From a bacterium (GTDB lineage: Bacteria > Patescibacteriota > Minisyncoccia > Phycocordibacterales > CAIZLB01), in NCBI GenBank assembly GCA_043745355.1, contig JAYTSY010000027.1:1-52077 (forward strand): a stretch of DNA of 52,077 nucleotides, written 5' to 3'. Made by a program: the position numbers and the translations under genes. The notes under the pieces were generated by a model. That model was given only the letters and a program-made list of their open reading frames with translations, did not search any database and was not told the DNA's origin. Within the stretch, counting starts at the first letter, position 1, and each line of letters starts with the position of its first letter. Positions 1-7,854 of this stretch are shown in pieces.

Positions 1-26
1 TGATCTGTACCCCATAAAGTGGACAC
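1..26 (+). repeat. IS left terminal inverted repeat
   Basis: Imperfect inverted match to 1343-1367. Confidence 0.9.
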
Positions 27-81
27 GGGGTACAGAAATCCATGTTTTCTTTTGTTAGAATTACCACACTAACTAAAGAAC

Positions 82-519
82 ATGAGAACAATATTTTCAA
101 ATGAAGAGATCGTGGAATTAAAGAAAAATCCATGTGTGTTCAACTGCACTACAAAGTCAGTTCACTACACATACGAATTCAAGAGACATGCTCTTGAATT
201 GTACACGCACGACGTTGGTCCGAAGGAAATCTGGAGACGTGCTGGTTTTGATGTATCAAAATGGAAGAAGGACTACTTCGCCCTAACTCTAAGGGACTGG
301 AGAAGGATTGTAGCAACAGATGGAGACGAGGGATTACACAAACGAGGTGGGCTTCAGTATGATCGAGGTCCGAAGAATACTGACAAAGACAAGCTCAAAC
401 GTCTGGAACTTCAGGTTAAATATCTTCAAGCAGAAAACGATTTTTTAGCACAACTCCGGGCCAAAAGAGCGGAGCGAAACTCAGGCCGCACCAAAAGTAC
501 AGGATTGTACGAAGTCTAA
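82..519 (+). CDS. IS3-family transposase OrfA
   Basis: HTH-like N-terminus and C-terminal LKRLELQVKYLQAENDFL coiled-coil typical of IS3 OrfA; lies inside the IRs. Confidence 0.9.
   Translation: MRTIFSNEEIVELKKNPCVFNCTTKSVHYTYEFKRHALELYTHDVGPKEIWRRAGFDVSKWKKDYFALTLRDWRRIVATDGDEGLHKRGGLQYDRGPKNTDKDKLKRLELQVKYLQAENDFLAQLRAKRAERNSGRTKSTGLYEV
441..487 (+). other. -1 programmed ribosomal frameshift signal (slippery T TTT TTA plus predicted pseudoknot)
   Basis: Heptamer 441-447 in the OrfA frame, 6-nt spacer, stem CTCCG(454-458)/CGGAG(470-474), loop GGCC(459-462) complementary to GGCC(484-487). The -1 frame is open from 420 to 1340. Confidence 0.75.
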
Positions 520-527
520 AAGGTGAC

Positions 528-1340
528 GTGAATATTCTCTGCGGCCTTGCGCACGTATCACGAAGTGGATATTACAAGTGGTTAGAGAAAGCGAACATAC
601 CTGACAAGGATCATGGTGACTACCTCAAGGTCAAAGGGGTGTTCGACAAGGGTAAAGGCAAATATGGCTGGAGAAACATTAAAATGAGGATGCCGACAAT
701 GAATCACAAGAAGATACAACGGATCATGAGAAAATATGATCTCATCGCCACAGTCAGAAGAAAAAATCCATACAAAGCCATCATGAAGAAACGTCTGGAG
801 CACAGGACGTTTCCCAATCTCTTGAAGAGAGAATTCAAGCAAATTCTTCCGTACAAAGTTTTCTCAACTGATATCACCTACATACCGTTTCGAAGTGAAT
901 TTGTGTTCCTCTCCGTGGTCAAAGATATTGCAAGTGGTGAGGCAGTCGCTTGGAACATTTCTCAAGGATTAGAGATGACTTTAGTGAGAGATACGGTGAG
1001 GAAGATGCCTCGTGAATTGTGTGAGAATGCCATGATCCATTCCGACCAGGGATTTCATTACACACATCCAGGATATATTGAGCTCGTCAAAGAGCTCAAT
1101 ATGATCCAGTCTATGTCAGCGAAAGGTAGTGCGATTGACAATGCTCCGATCGAGTCGTTCTTCGGGCATTTGAAAGATGAACTTGATTACAGAGCATGCA
1201 AGTCCTTTGAGGAATTGTGTTTGAAGGTCACTGAATATATGACATACTACAACAACGAAAGAAAACAGTGGAGTAGAAACCGGATGACACCAGTTGAATA
1301 CAGAAAACATCTTTTGGCTAGTCTGGGTTCGAGGATCTGA
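528..1340 (+). CDS. IS3-family transposase OrfB (rve/DDE core), probably made as an OrfAB fusion
   Basis: VSRSGYYKW, STDITY, HSDQGFHY, DNAPIESFFGHLKDE and YYNNER motifs. Confidence 0.95.
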   Translation: MNILCGLAHVSRSGYYKWLEKANIPDKDHGDYLKVKGVFDKGKGKYGWRNIKMRMPTMNHKKIQRIMRKYDLIATVRRKNPYKAIMKKRLEHRTFPNLLKREFKQILPYKVFSTDITYIPFRSEFVFLSVVKDIASGEAVAWNISQGLEMTLVRDTVRKMPRELCENAMIHSDQGFHYTHPGYIELVKELNMIQSMSAKGSAIDNAPIESFFGHLKDELDYRACKSFEELCLKVTEYMTYYNNERKQWSRNRMTPVEYRKHLLASLGSRI

Positions 1341-1342
1341 GA

Positions 1343-1367
1343 GTGTCTACTAAGGGGGTACGGATCA
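1343..1367 (-). repeat. IS right terminal inverted repeat
   Basis: Ends in CGGATCA; inverted match to 1-26. Confidence 0.9.
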
Positions 1368-1376
1368 ACGAATATT

Positions 1377-1401
1377 ACCGCCCAGTTGGGCGGTTTTATT
1401 T
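1377..1401 (+). terminator. Intrinsic terminator just outside the IS right end
   Basis: ACCGCCC-agtt-GGGCGGT followed by TTTATTTT. Confidence 0.7.
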
Positions 1402-1444
1402 TGGGAATAGAAGTTATAAAAAGGTGTGTTACCATAATAAAAAT

Positions 1445-1789
1445 ATGGACATATATTACATTTATCTATTCTTGAGCCTTATAGTGCTGTCATTTTCATT
1501 TTCTCATTTTTATGGTTTTAAAAAAATCAGTAAAGATATAGAGGTCAATATAAATCCATTTAAAAACTTTAGCCAGCCGGAAACAAATGGAGACTTTTTT
1601 ATGCCTCAACCTTTATTGCCCGACCTTGACCCTGATAATGCCTTAGACCAAATGAAAGCTAGGTTTAGATTACTCCCAATCAAAATCTTAGTTTATACAT
1701 TTACAGCTACGGCAATATTATTAACCTCTGCTTTAATAATTGCCCCCGTGCTTACAATTATTACTCAAAAAGTTCTGCTCTATTTTTAA
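1445..1789 (+). CDS. Hypothetical membrane protein (2 TM)
   Basis: Hydrophobic N- and C-terminal segments. Start moved to ATG 1445 because the track start at 1343 lies in the IS IR. Confidence 0.55.
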   Translation: MDIYYIYLFLSLIVLSFSFSHFYGFKKISKDIEVNINPFKNFSQPETNGDFFMPQPLLPDLDPDNALDQMKARFRLLPIKILVYTFTATAILLTSALIIAPVLTIITQKVLLYF

Positions 1790-1901
1790 TACATCACTGC
1801 CCATCATCTTTCAATCAAAAGCTCTGAACATATCTAACCACTCCCGCTAACTATAAAACAAACCTATAGTATACGTTTTTATATTGCTATATAATCATTA
1901 G

Positions 1902-2207
1902 ATGAAGCCCTCAACTCAAACAATTAGTAGTTTTATTTTTCTTGTCCTATCTTTTGTTCTATTGTATGTAACCAAGGATCATAAAAACTTAAATATATCA
2001 GGTATACCATTATGGTCAGATATTAGCGGATTGCTAATACTTCCACTTATCTCCTTTATACTTGCAATAAAATCTTTTAGAAAATCAGATTCATGGATAA
2101 AACTTTTTAACTTCTTACTCATTACGCTCTCTTTATTGCCAATTCTATTCTTTTTCCTTATCCTATTTGCTTCACACTGTGGTTTTTATACTGAAAAATG
2201 TAGATAG
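1902..2207 (+). CDS. Hypothetical membrane protein (3 TM)
   Basis: Three hydrophobic segments; TATAAT 6 nt upstream of the ATG. Confidence 0.65.
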   Translation: MKPSTQTISSFIFLVLSFVLLYVTKDHKNLNISGIPLWSDISGLLILPLISFILAIKSFRKSDSWIKLFNFLLITLSLLPILFFFLILFASHCGFYTEKCR

Positions 2208-2304
2208 TGAGTTCTAACAGCCTCAACGGTCCTCCGCCAACAGTATTTTTTATCGAGGGACTGAATCGGATGACGCAGTTGAGCGATAGAACCGTATCGG
2301 ATTA

Positions 2305-2514
2305 TTAAGCATCTTTGCGAAGGATTTCACTAATATTCTCTTTGTGAGCAAGCACTGTCTCCGCTTGTGGGTATACATCTAGAAAGTCAGAGAAATTAAC
2401 TTTTCGTTCGGTAAACTTGCATTCGTATGCATACACCTTGCCATCTTTCTCTATGACAATATCAACCTCTTTACCTTTCTTATTCCTCCAGAAATATATT
2501 TCATTAGTATCAAA
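2305..2514 (-). pseudogene. 3' relic of a DUF4143-type AAA+ ATPase gene
   Basis: Manual translation gives EIYFWRNKKGKEVDIVIEKDGKVYAYECKF...LRKDA*, the YFWR-x-EVD-x-E.K nuclease-like C-terminus. An in-frame TGA lies immediately upstream and the ATPase part is absent. Confidence 0.7.
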
Positions 2515-2615
2515 TCACATGAAAAAGTCAACTTATGAGTTACTACCATCCTATGAAAAATCGTATTTTACACCCACTGCGCTCGAGCGACAGAGACGGT
2601 TTGTATTTTACCCTT

Positions 2616-2653
2616 AAAAGAAAAACGCACCTGCGGCCGAAGCCACAGGTGCG
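2616..2653 (-). terminator. Intrinsic terminator of the PRTase gene
   Basis: Minus strand CGCACCTGTGGC-TTCG-GCCGCAGGTGCG followed by TTTTTCTTTT. Confidence 0.9.
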
Positions 2654-2678
2654 AGTGTTTTTCATATTCCCATGATGG

Positions 2679-3395
2679 TTACTGTCGCATAGTCGAGCAC
2701 AAGCGCACCCAGTTCTTTTTCACTTCGAGTTCGAGCTTGCCTGCCGCAATGTCTGCAGCGACCGCAGGATCATCCTGTTCGTATTCCGGATATGCTTCAC
2801 GAATGGAAGCGATGACCGGCAAACCCTTGTAGGTCGTGTCGTAAAGCGGAGAGCGATTGAGCGCTCCGACGAGGAGCACAATGTTGGCTCCAGTCACGGC
2901 GATCTCGGCCAAGGTCGTGTCAGTATTTTGGAAGTTGTTGAACACATCTTCCGCGATGGCGACACGTTCACCTTGTTCGAATTCAAACTGCGAAAGGTCC
3001 CAGCAGTATTCCTGTTTCCTGCCCACTTCCGTCAGCTTCGGCTTCTTGTCCGCATAGACGAAGCGTTTATTTGCAAGACGCGCGAGCGACCGACCGAAGG
3101 TTCGTCCACCCTGCGGGATGCCGCAGACGGTATCGAATTTGTCGAGCAAATCCATCTTTGCGAGCTTCAGCAAAGCTACTTCAGCGAATGCTTCAACTGC
3201 CCATGGGTGTTCTTCGATGCGCCGGAAGTTGAAGTAAATGTCTCCGACGAGGTTTCGTCCTTGGCTGTCTTTTCCCGCATAGGCGACCAATGGTCCCTTG
3301 CGTTCAAGTCCAACTTTCGGACACACATACACTGCACGGCAACGCTTTCCGAGTTCCAAGAGGTTTTCTCCTAGACGTGGAATGATTGGTTTCAT
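2679..3395 (-). CDS. Type I phosphoribosyltransferase, orotate PRTase (PyrE)-like, divergent
   Basis: DIYFNFR, GIPQGG, VYADKK and RVAIAEDV (PRPP-binding motif start) follow the PyrE order. Confidence 0.75.
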   Translation of the reverse strand: MKPIIPRLGENLLELGKRCRAVYVCPKVGLERKGPLVAYAGKDSQGRNLVGDIYFNFRRIEEHPWAVEAFAEVALLKLAKMDLLDKFDTVCGIPQGGRTFGRSLARLANKRFVYADKKPKLTEVGRKQEYCWDLSQFEFEQGERVAIAEDVFNNFQNTDTTLAEIAVTGANIVLLVGALNRSPLYDTTYKGLPVIASIREAYPEYEQDDPAVAADIAAGKLELEVKKNWVRLCSTMRQ

Positions 3396-3539
3396 AGGTT
3401 GTTTATTTCAATGTTCAAATGACGCTTTAAGGCAGTGCCGTTGCCTAGTCGATGAAATCGACTCTAGGAGGAACCTTACTCGAAAGGTGATATTAAATCA
3501 ATCCAGCTCAGGCCCTTTGTAGTATGTTAAAATTATTTA

Positions 3540-4253
3540 ATGAACAACGCCAGCCCATCTATTTCAGTCATTCTTCCTTGCCTCAACGAAGAAAAAACTA
3601 TTCCTATTTGTATTCAAAAAGCAAAAGAGGGAATTTTAGCGACAGGTCTTTCTGGAGAAATCATACTTGCTGATAATGGTAGCAATGACTCCTCTATAGA
3701 ACTCGCAAAAAAACTCGGCGCTAAAGTCATTAATGTTAAGAAAAGAGGTTGCGGAGCAGCTCTCCAAGCTGGTTTTACCGCCGCATCTGGCACATATATA
3801 GTAATGGCAGATACTGACGACAGCTACGATCTTCGGGATATCCCCTTATTTATCAACAAAATAAAAGAAGGTTACGACCTCGTAAATGGAAACCGATTCA
3901 AGGGATCTATCGTCCCTGGGGCAATGCCCTTTCTTCATCAATATTTCGGTAATCACTTTTTAAGTTATATTGCACGCATTCTTTTCTTTATCCCATGTGG
4001 GGATTTGCAATGTGGAATGAGGGCTTTCAAAAAGTCTTCTCTGGAACACGTCAAATTTAACTATACGGGCATGGAATTCACCAGTGAAATGATAATTCAA
4101 GCAAAATTAGCTGGACTACGTATTGGCGAAATTCCCATCACGCTCCACAAGGACGGACGCGGAAGACGCCCTCATCTCAAAACATTTCATCATGGCTTTA
4201 AATATCTTTTTATGATACTTAACACTCGAATTGGCACATGGGTAGCAAACTAA
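3540..4253 (+). CDS. Glycosyltransferase family 2 (polyprenol-phosphate sugar synthase-like)
   Basis: VILPCLNEE, DNGSND, DTDDSYD (DxD) and GMEFTSEM motifs. Confidence 0.92.
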   Translation: MNNASPSISVILPCLNEEKTIPICIQKAKEGILATGLSGEIILADNGSNDSSIELAKKLGAKVINVKKRGCGAALQAGFTAASGTYIVMADTDDSYDLRDIPLFINKIKEGYDLVNGNRFKGSIVPGAMPFLHQYFGNHFLSYIARILFFIPCGDLQCGMRAFKKSSLEHVKFNYTGMEFTSEMIIQAKLAGLRIGEIPITLHKDGRGRRPHLKTFHHGFKYLFMILNTRIGTWVAN

Positions 4254-5833
4254 CACAATACAGAACAGTAATACTTGGCTGCTGCCTAGCCCTTTCTATC
4301 GGCATTGGTTTATTTTGTTTTGGAGATTACGGAATTCATAGTGATGATCCAGTCAACAGAAAGTTTGGAATATACAGCCTAAATGAAGCAACATCATTCA
4401 TAGTTGCTCCGGACCAAAGAGAAAATATAAAAATAGGATGTTATCCAGACGACTGTGGCATGACATCTTTACATCAAGATGAACATACACCGTTACTCGA
4501 AATGGTATTAGTTATCATTGAAAAAATATTCGCACCCCACTCAACAAAAAGCATATACCAGATGCGACATTTTACTGTATTTTTGGTATTTATCATCGGT
4601 TTAATTTTCTTCTACAAAATTAGTAGACGATATTTTTATCATTGGGGAACTGCGCTACTTGTAACGATATTTCTCTTTTTGTCACCACACATCTTTGCAG
4701 ATGCTTTTTACAATTCTACGGATATTGGAGCATTTACTACTTTTATTATTGGAATATATTACCTACTAATCTTTTTTGATAATAAATCAAAAAAAAGCCT
4801 TGTGCTAGTAACCTTTTTTACAGGCATTGCTATAGATACGAGACTTACGGCAATTCTCCTTATCCCTTTAATCTTTGCATTTTTCATCAAGGAATATATA
4901 TTCTCGCCGAGCAAGGACTATAAGCGGAATATTTTTTGCTGGGCAATACTGTATACCCTTTTATTAATACTTTTTATCATTTTATTTTGGCCGCATCTCT
5001 GGGCTGATGTTTCTAGAATCTTAATTTCTTTGAAAACAACATTCAGTTATGATAATTTTCCTGTAGAAAATTTATACTTTGGCAAAGATATTCCCTCGTA
5101 TGAAATCCCTTGGACTTATAACATTGTGTGGATTGGTATTACAACTCCGATACTATATCTGACATTATTCATCATTGGGTGTGTTGGCGTATTGAAGCAA
5201 ATGATGAAGACTCCTTGGAAAAAAATATTAGGCTTCCATTACGAGATAATATTTTTTGCATGGTTTTTTGTTCCAGTTATCTCAGCAATTGTCACTCATC
5301 GTGCTTTTTATAACGGATGGCGACATCTGTATTTTATTTATCCCGCACTCGTTCTTATTGCTGGTATTGGCTATCAGTTCCTTGCTAACTGGTTTAAGAA
5401 AATGGGCACGAAAAGTCTTGCTACTTTTCATTTTATAATTGCAGCAATTGTATCAAGTCTTTGTATCTCAATGATACATCTTCATCCATATGAATACTCC
5501 TTTTTCAATGAACTCGCTCCTAAAATGGATTCGCTTTGTGAAGGTTTCGACAAGGATTACTTCCACCTTTCAACAAAGCAAGGTTTTGAACATATCCTCT
5601 CTGTAGACCCTAGCCCATCAATAAACATATTCTTTGAAAATCAAAATGCAACTATTGAATACCAAATGCTTAGCGAGACCGATCAGAAGCGAATTAAGCT
5701 AGTCGCAAAAGCCGATGCAACATATATGTTTCGAGACGATACACTTCGTAACTGCCGAATCTATGAAGGCCCCCTACTCTATCAAAACTCGCCTCAAGAG
5801 ATACCAATATCTGAGATAGTTAAACTTCGCTAA
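4238..5833 (+). CDS. Polytopic GT-C glycosyltransferase (PMT/ArnT-like)
   Basis: N-terminal TM then DYGIHSDD acidic loop, ~11 TM segments, YNGWRHLYFIYP; overlaps the GT2 gene. Confidence 0.8.
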   Translation: MGSKLTQYRTVILGCCLALSIGIGLFCFGDYGIHSDDPVNRKFGIYSLNEATSFIVAPDQRENIKIGCYPDDCGMTSLHQDEHTPLLEMVLVIIEKIFAPHSTKSIYQMRHFTVFLVFIIGLIFFYKISRRYFYHWGTALLVTIFLFLSPHIFADAFYNSTDIGAFTTFIIGIYYLLIFFDNKSKKSLVLVTFFTGIAIDTRLTAILLIPLIFAFFIKEYIFSPSKDYKRNIFCWAILYTLLLILFIILFWPHLWADVSRILISLKTTFSYDNFPVENLYFGKDIPSYEIPWTYNIVWIGITTPILYLTLFIIGCVGVLKQMMKTPWKKILGFHYEIIFFAWFFVPVISAIVTHRAFYNGWRHLYFIYPALVLIAGIGYQFLANWFKKMGTKSLATFHFIIAAIVSSLCISMIHLHPYEYSFFNELAPKMDSLCEGFDKDYFHLSTKQGFEHILSVDPSPSINIFFENQNATIEYQMLSETDQKRIKLVAKADATYMFRDDTLRNCRIYEGPLLYQNSPQEIPISEIVKLR

Positions 5834-5892
5834 AAGTAAAAAATATATTGTATACCGTATGTGCGATTATTTCTTATGGTACAATTATTGGC

Positions 5893-6372
5893 ATGAAGCA
5901 CCCCACGCTCCGCCCCGCAATCGTCTGGGAAGCGCACGAATTCGTTTTTCAAGAGAAAACCTCCGATTGGTATTGGGCTGTCGGTATCATTGCTATATCT
6001 ATCGCTGTCCTTGCTGTCATTTACGGGAATACTTTGCTCGCCCTCCTTTCTCTCATTGCAGGCTTCACTCTCTCACTCTTTGCTGCAAAACAACCGCATT
6101 TTATGCGATTCGAAACAAACAACAGCGGTGTGATTATTGAACAAACCCTCTATCCGTACGCTACCCTCGACTCATTCTGGGTGGAAAATAATGTTCACCT
6201 TGATCTCGAATCGAAACTTATTTTAAAATCAAAACATATTAATCCCCTAATCGTCATTCCTCTCTCGACCATCAATCCTGAAATAATGCGCGATTTTCTC
6301 CTCGATCATTTACCTGAAGCTGTACACACAGAGCCATTCGCACACAAACTATTCGAATATTTTGGTTTTTAA
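5893..6372 (+). CDS. Conserved CPR membrane protein (DUF5673-like)
   Basis: WEAHEF...KTSDWYWAVGII, two TM, then a soluble domain; extended -10 TGgTACAAT 7 nt before ATG 5893. Confidence 0.7.
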   Translation: MKHPTLRPAIVWEAHEFVFQEKTSDWYWAVGIIAISIAVLAVIYGNTLLALLSLIAGFTLSLFAAKQPHFMRFETNNSGVIIEQTLYPYATLDSFWVENNVHLDLESKLILKSKHINPLIVIPLSTINPEIMRDFLLDHLPEAVHTEPFAHKLFEYFGF

Positions 6373-6457
6373 TGAGGGAGATATAGTTTATTCGCAGGCA
6401 GATTTTTCGAAAGCAAAAGATTTATTGAAATGGGAAGCGCAGACGACAAAGATTTAA
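6371..6457 (+). pseudogene. 28-codon relic of an NAD-dependent sugar epimerase/dehydratase C-terminus
   Basis: Manual translation NEGDIVYSQADFSKAKDLLKWEAQTTKI* resembles the GD-x3-S-x-AD-x-SKA-x3-L-x-W-x-P tail of GalE-like enzymes. Confidence 0.55.
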
Positions 6458-6490
6458 CACATTTGCAAATACAGCTACAAGTTTGCCGTG

Positions 6491-6518
6491 TTGACGATAT
6501 GTACACATTGTGTATACT
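6491..6518 (+). promoter_or_regulatory. Sigma70 promoter of the TA operon with a palindromic operator
   Basis: TTGACG-16 bp-TATACT; the palindrome TACACA-T-TGTGTA (6502-6514) overlaps the spacer and -10. Confidence 0.75.
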
Positions 6519-6524
6519 ATAAAC

Positions 6525-6779
6525 ATGGATACACTACATATAAGGATTGATAAGCATACAAAGACCAAGGCGGGTAAAACTCTAGCTGATCTTGGAATGG
6601 ATATGTCTACGGCGGTTAAAGTTTTTCTCCATCAGGTAATTGTTAATGAGGGGCTCCCTTTTACTCCAAGTAAAAATATGGCCGCACTCAAAGCTCGGTT
6701 AGATCAGACAACCAATGAAGCCGTTAAGGGGGGGGGTAAGAGCTATAAAAATGCCGGTGAAATGCACGCTCGTATATAA
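6525..6779 (+). CDS. dinJ: RelB/DinJ family antitoxin
   Basis: RHH-type N-terminus LHIRID and LGMDMSTAVKVFL...GLPF; directly upstream of the toxin. Confidence 0.88.
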   Translation: MDTLHIRIDKHTKTKAGKTLADLGMDMSTAVKVFLHQVIVNEGLPFTPSKNMAALKARLDQTTNEAVKGGGKSYKNAGEMHARI

Positions 6780-6781
6780 CT

Positions 6782-7066
6782 ATGTATAGGATCGTTCCCT
6801 CTAAAGACTATATAAAATCCTACAGAAAACTTACGTGTTTAGGTCAATTCTCACCAAAAGTTAAGAAGGATCTCGAACATACTATCGATACTTTGGCGGC
6901 TGGAGAAAAACTTCCTCCTGAATATAAAGACCACCAACTAAGTGGCGAGCTTAAACATTACAGGGATTGCCACATCAAAGGTGATATATTATTGATTTAT
7001 CAGATTAGGAATAAAGAGTTACTTTTAGTACTAGCTGATCTTGGAACACATTCGGGGCTGTTTTGA
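6782..7066 (+). CDS. yafQ: YafQ family mRNA interferase toxin
   Basis: LPPEYKDHQLSG, RDCHIKGDILLIY and GTHSGLF, with the catalytic His/Asp pattern intact. Confidence 0.92.
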   Translation: MYRIVPSKDYIKSYRKLTCLGQFSPKVKKDLEHTIDTLAAGEKLPPEYKDHQLSGELKHYRDCHIKGDILLIYQIRNKELLLVLADLGTHSGLF

Positions 7067-7194
7067 GGGAGGAAGTTAAATTATTTTGAAATGAATGCCC
7101 TCCCAGAATGTTAATTTTTTGTTAACAGACAAGGGTATATGGATGAAATTAGTGAAAAAATTCAATATTTGAGCAATCAGATTTTTGTTATAGA

Positions 7195-7605
7195 ATGAGA
7201 ACTATGAATTATTTAAAAAACACCTTTATTTCAATAGGGATCTTTGCCGTCTGCTTTGCTAATTTATTTAACGCAAATAAATTAAGTTTAGCAATATCTT
7301 TATTGATTTCACTATTAGCTGCGGTAATACCGTTCATATTCTCTGCTGTGTTGGAAAATAAGAAGAAAGGACTCTCACCTGAGGAGTTAATTGGATTTAA
7401 CAATTATAGAAAACAAAACTTTTTGTATTCTTATTTATCAGTAGCAATTGTGAGTATTTTGTTTCTTGCCTTTAAAGTAGGTCTTCATAACCTCTCACCT
7501 ATGTCCAGCATCATTCCAGGTCTTTTTGTTGCAATACCCATAAGTATTGTAATAAATGCAATCTGTACACTGATAAAAGTACCCAATAATTCTAGCCATT
7601 CTTAG
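7195..7605 (+). CDS. Hypothetical membrane protein (4 TM)
   Basis: Hydrophobic segments, AT-rich; start may be ATG 7204. Confidence 0.65.
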   Translation: MRTMNYLKNTFISIGIFAVCFANLFNANKLSLAISLLISLLAAVIPFIFSAVLENKKKGLSPEELIGFNNYRKQNFLYSYLSVAIVSILFLAFKVGLHNLSPMSSIIPGLFVAIPISIVINAICTLIKVPNNSSHS

Positions 7606-7679
7606 ATCTTTTGTTAACTTGTTAACAAACTGTGTGGCCACAGGTATCGCAAAATTCAAAACAGTTTGAATTTTGCTCT

Positions 7680-7701
7680 TTTGTGCCCTCAGTAGGAATC
7701 G
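7680..7701 (-). repeat. 22-bp exact duplicate of the tRNA-Arg 3' end (att-like)
   Basis: TTTGTGCCCTCAGTAGGAATCG occurs at 7680-7701 and 7851-7872. Confidence 0.9.
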
Positions 7702-7817
7702 GTCACGGATAATTTTTATTGCATAAAAATTTCCTCGACCCCGCCTCACTCGGCAAGATTCGCTACGCTCATAACTTGCCTTCGCTCCGGCTTTCGATTC
7801 CTGCAGAAATCAGCAAA

Positions 7818-7850
7818 TGAAAAAGAGGAGCGAAAAGCTCCTCTTTTTCA
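7818..7850. terminator. Perfect 14-bp hairpin, bidirectional terminator after tRNA-Arg
   Basis: TGAAAAAGAGGAGC-gaaaa-GCTCCTCTTTTTCA. Confidence 0.85.
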
Positions 7851-7854
7851 TTTG

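Larger units (their letters stand above)
1..1367 (+). mobile_element. IS3-family insertion sequence (IS150-like orfA/orfB organisation)
   Basis: Ends 5'-TG...CA-3'. The left end TGATCTGTACCCCATAAAGTGGACAC matches the reverse complement of 1343-1367 (TGATCCGTACCCCCTTAGTAGACAC). Encodes an OrfA and a DDE integrase-core OrfB in the -1 frame. The left target duplication lies outside the window. Confidence 0.95.

Noticed and set aside
1343-1444. N-terminal extension of the 1343-1789 ORF
   Set aside because: It runs through the IS inverted repeat and a terminator; ATG 1445 is more plausible
3396-3520. ykkC/PRPP-type riboswitch upstream of the PRTase
   Set aside because: Only AGGTTCC resembles the motif and the conserved 3' elements were not found
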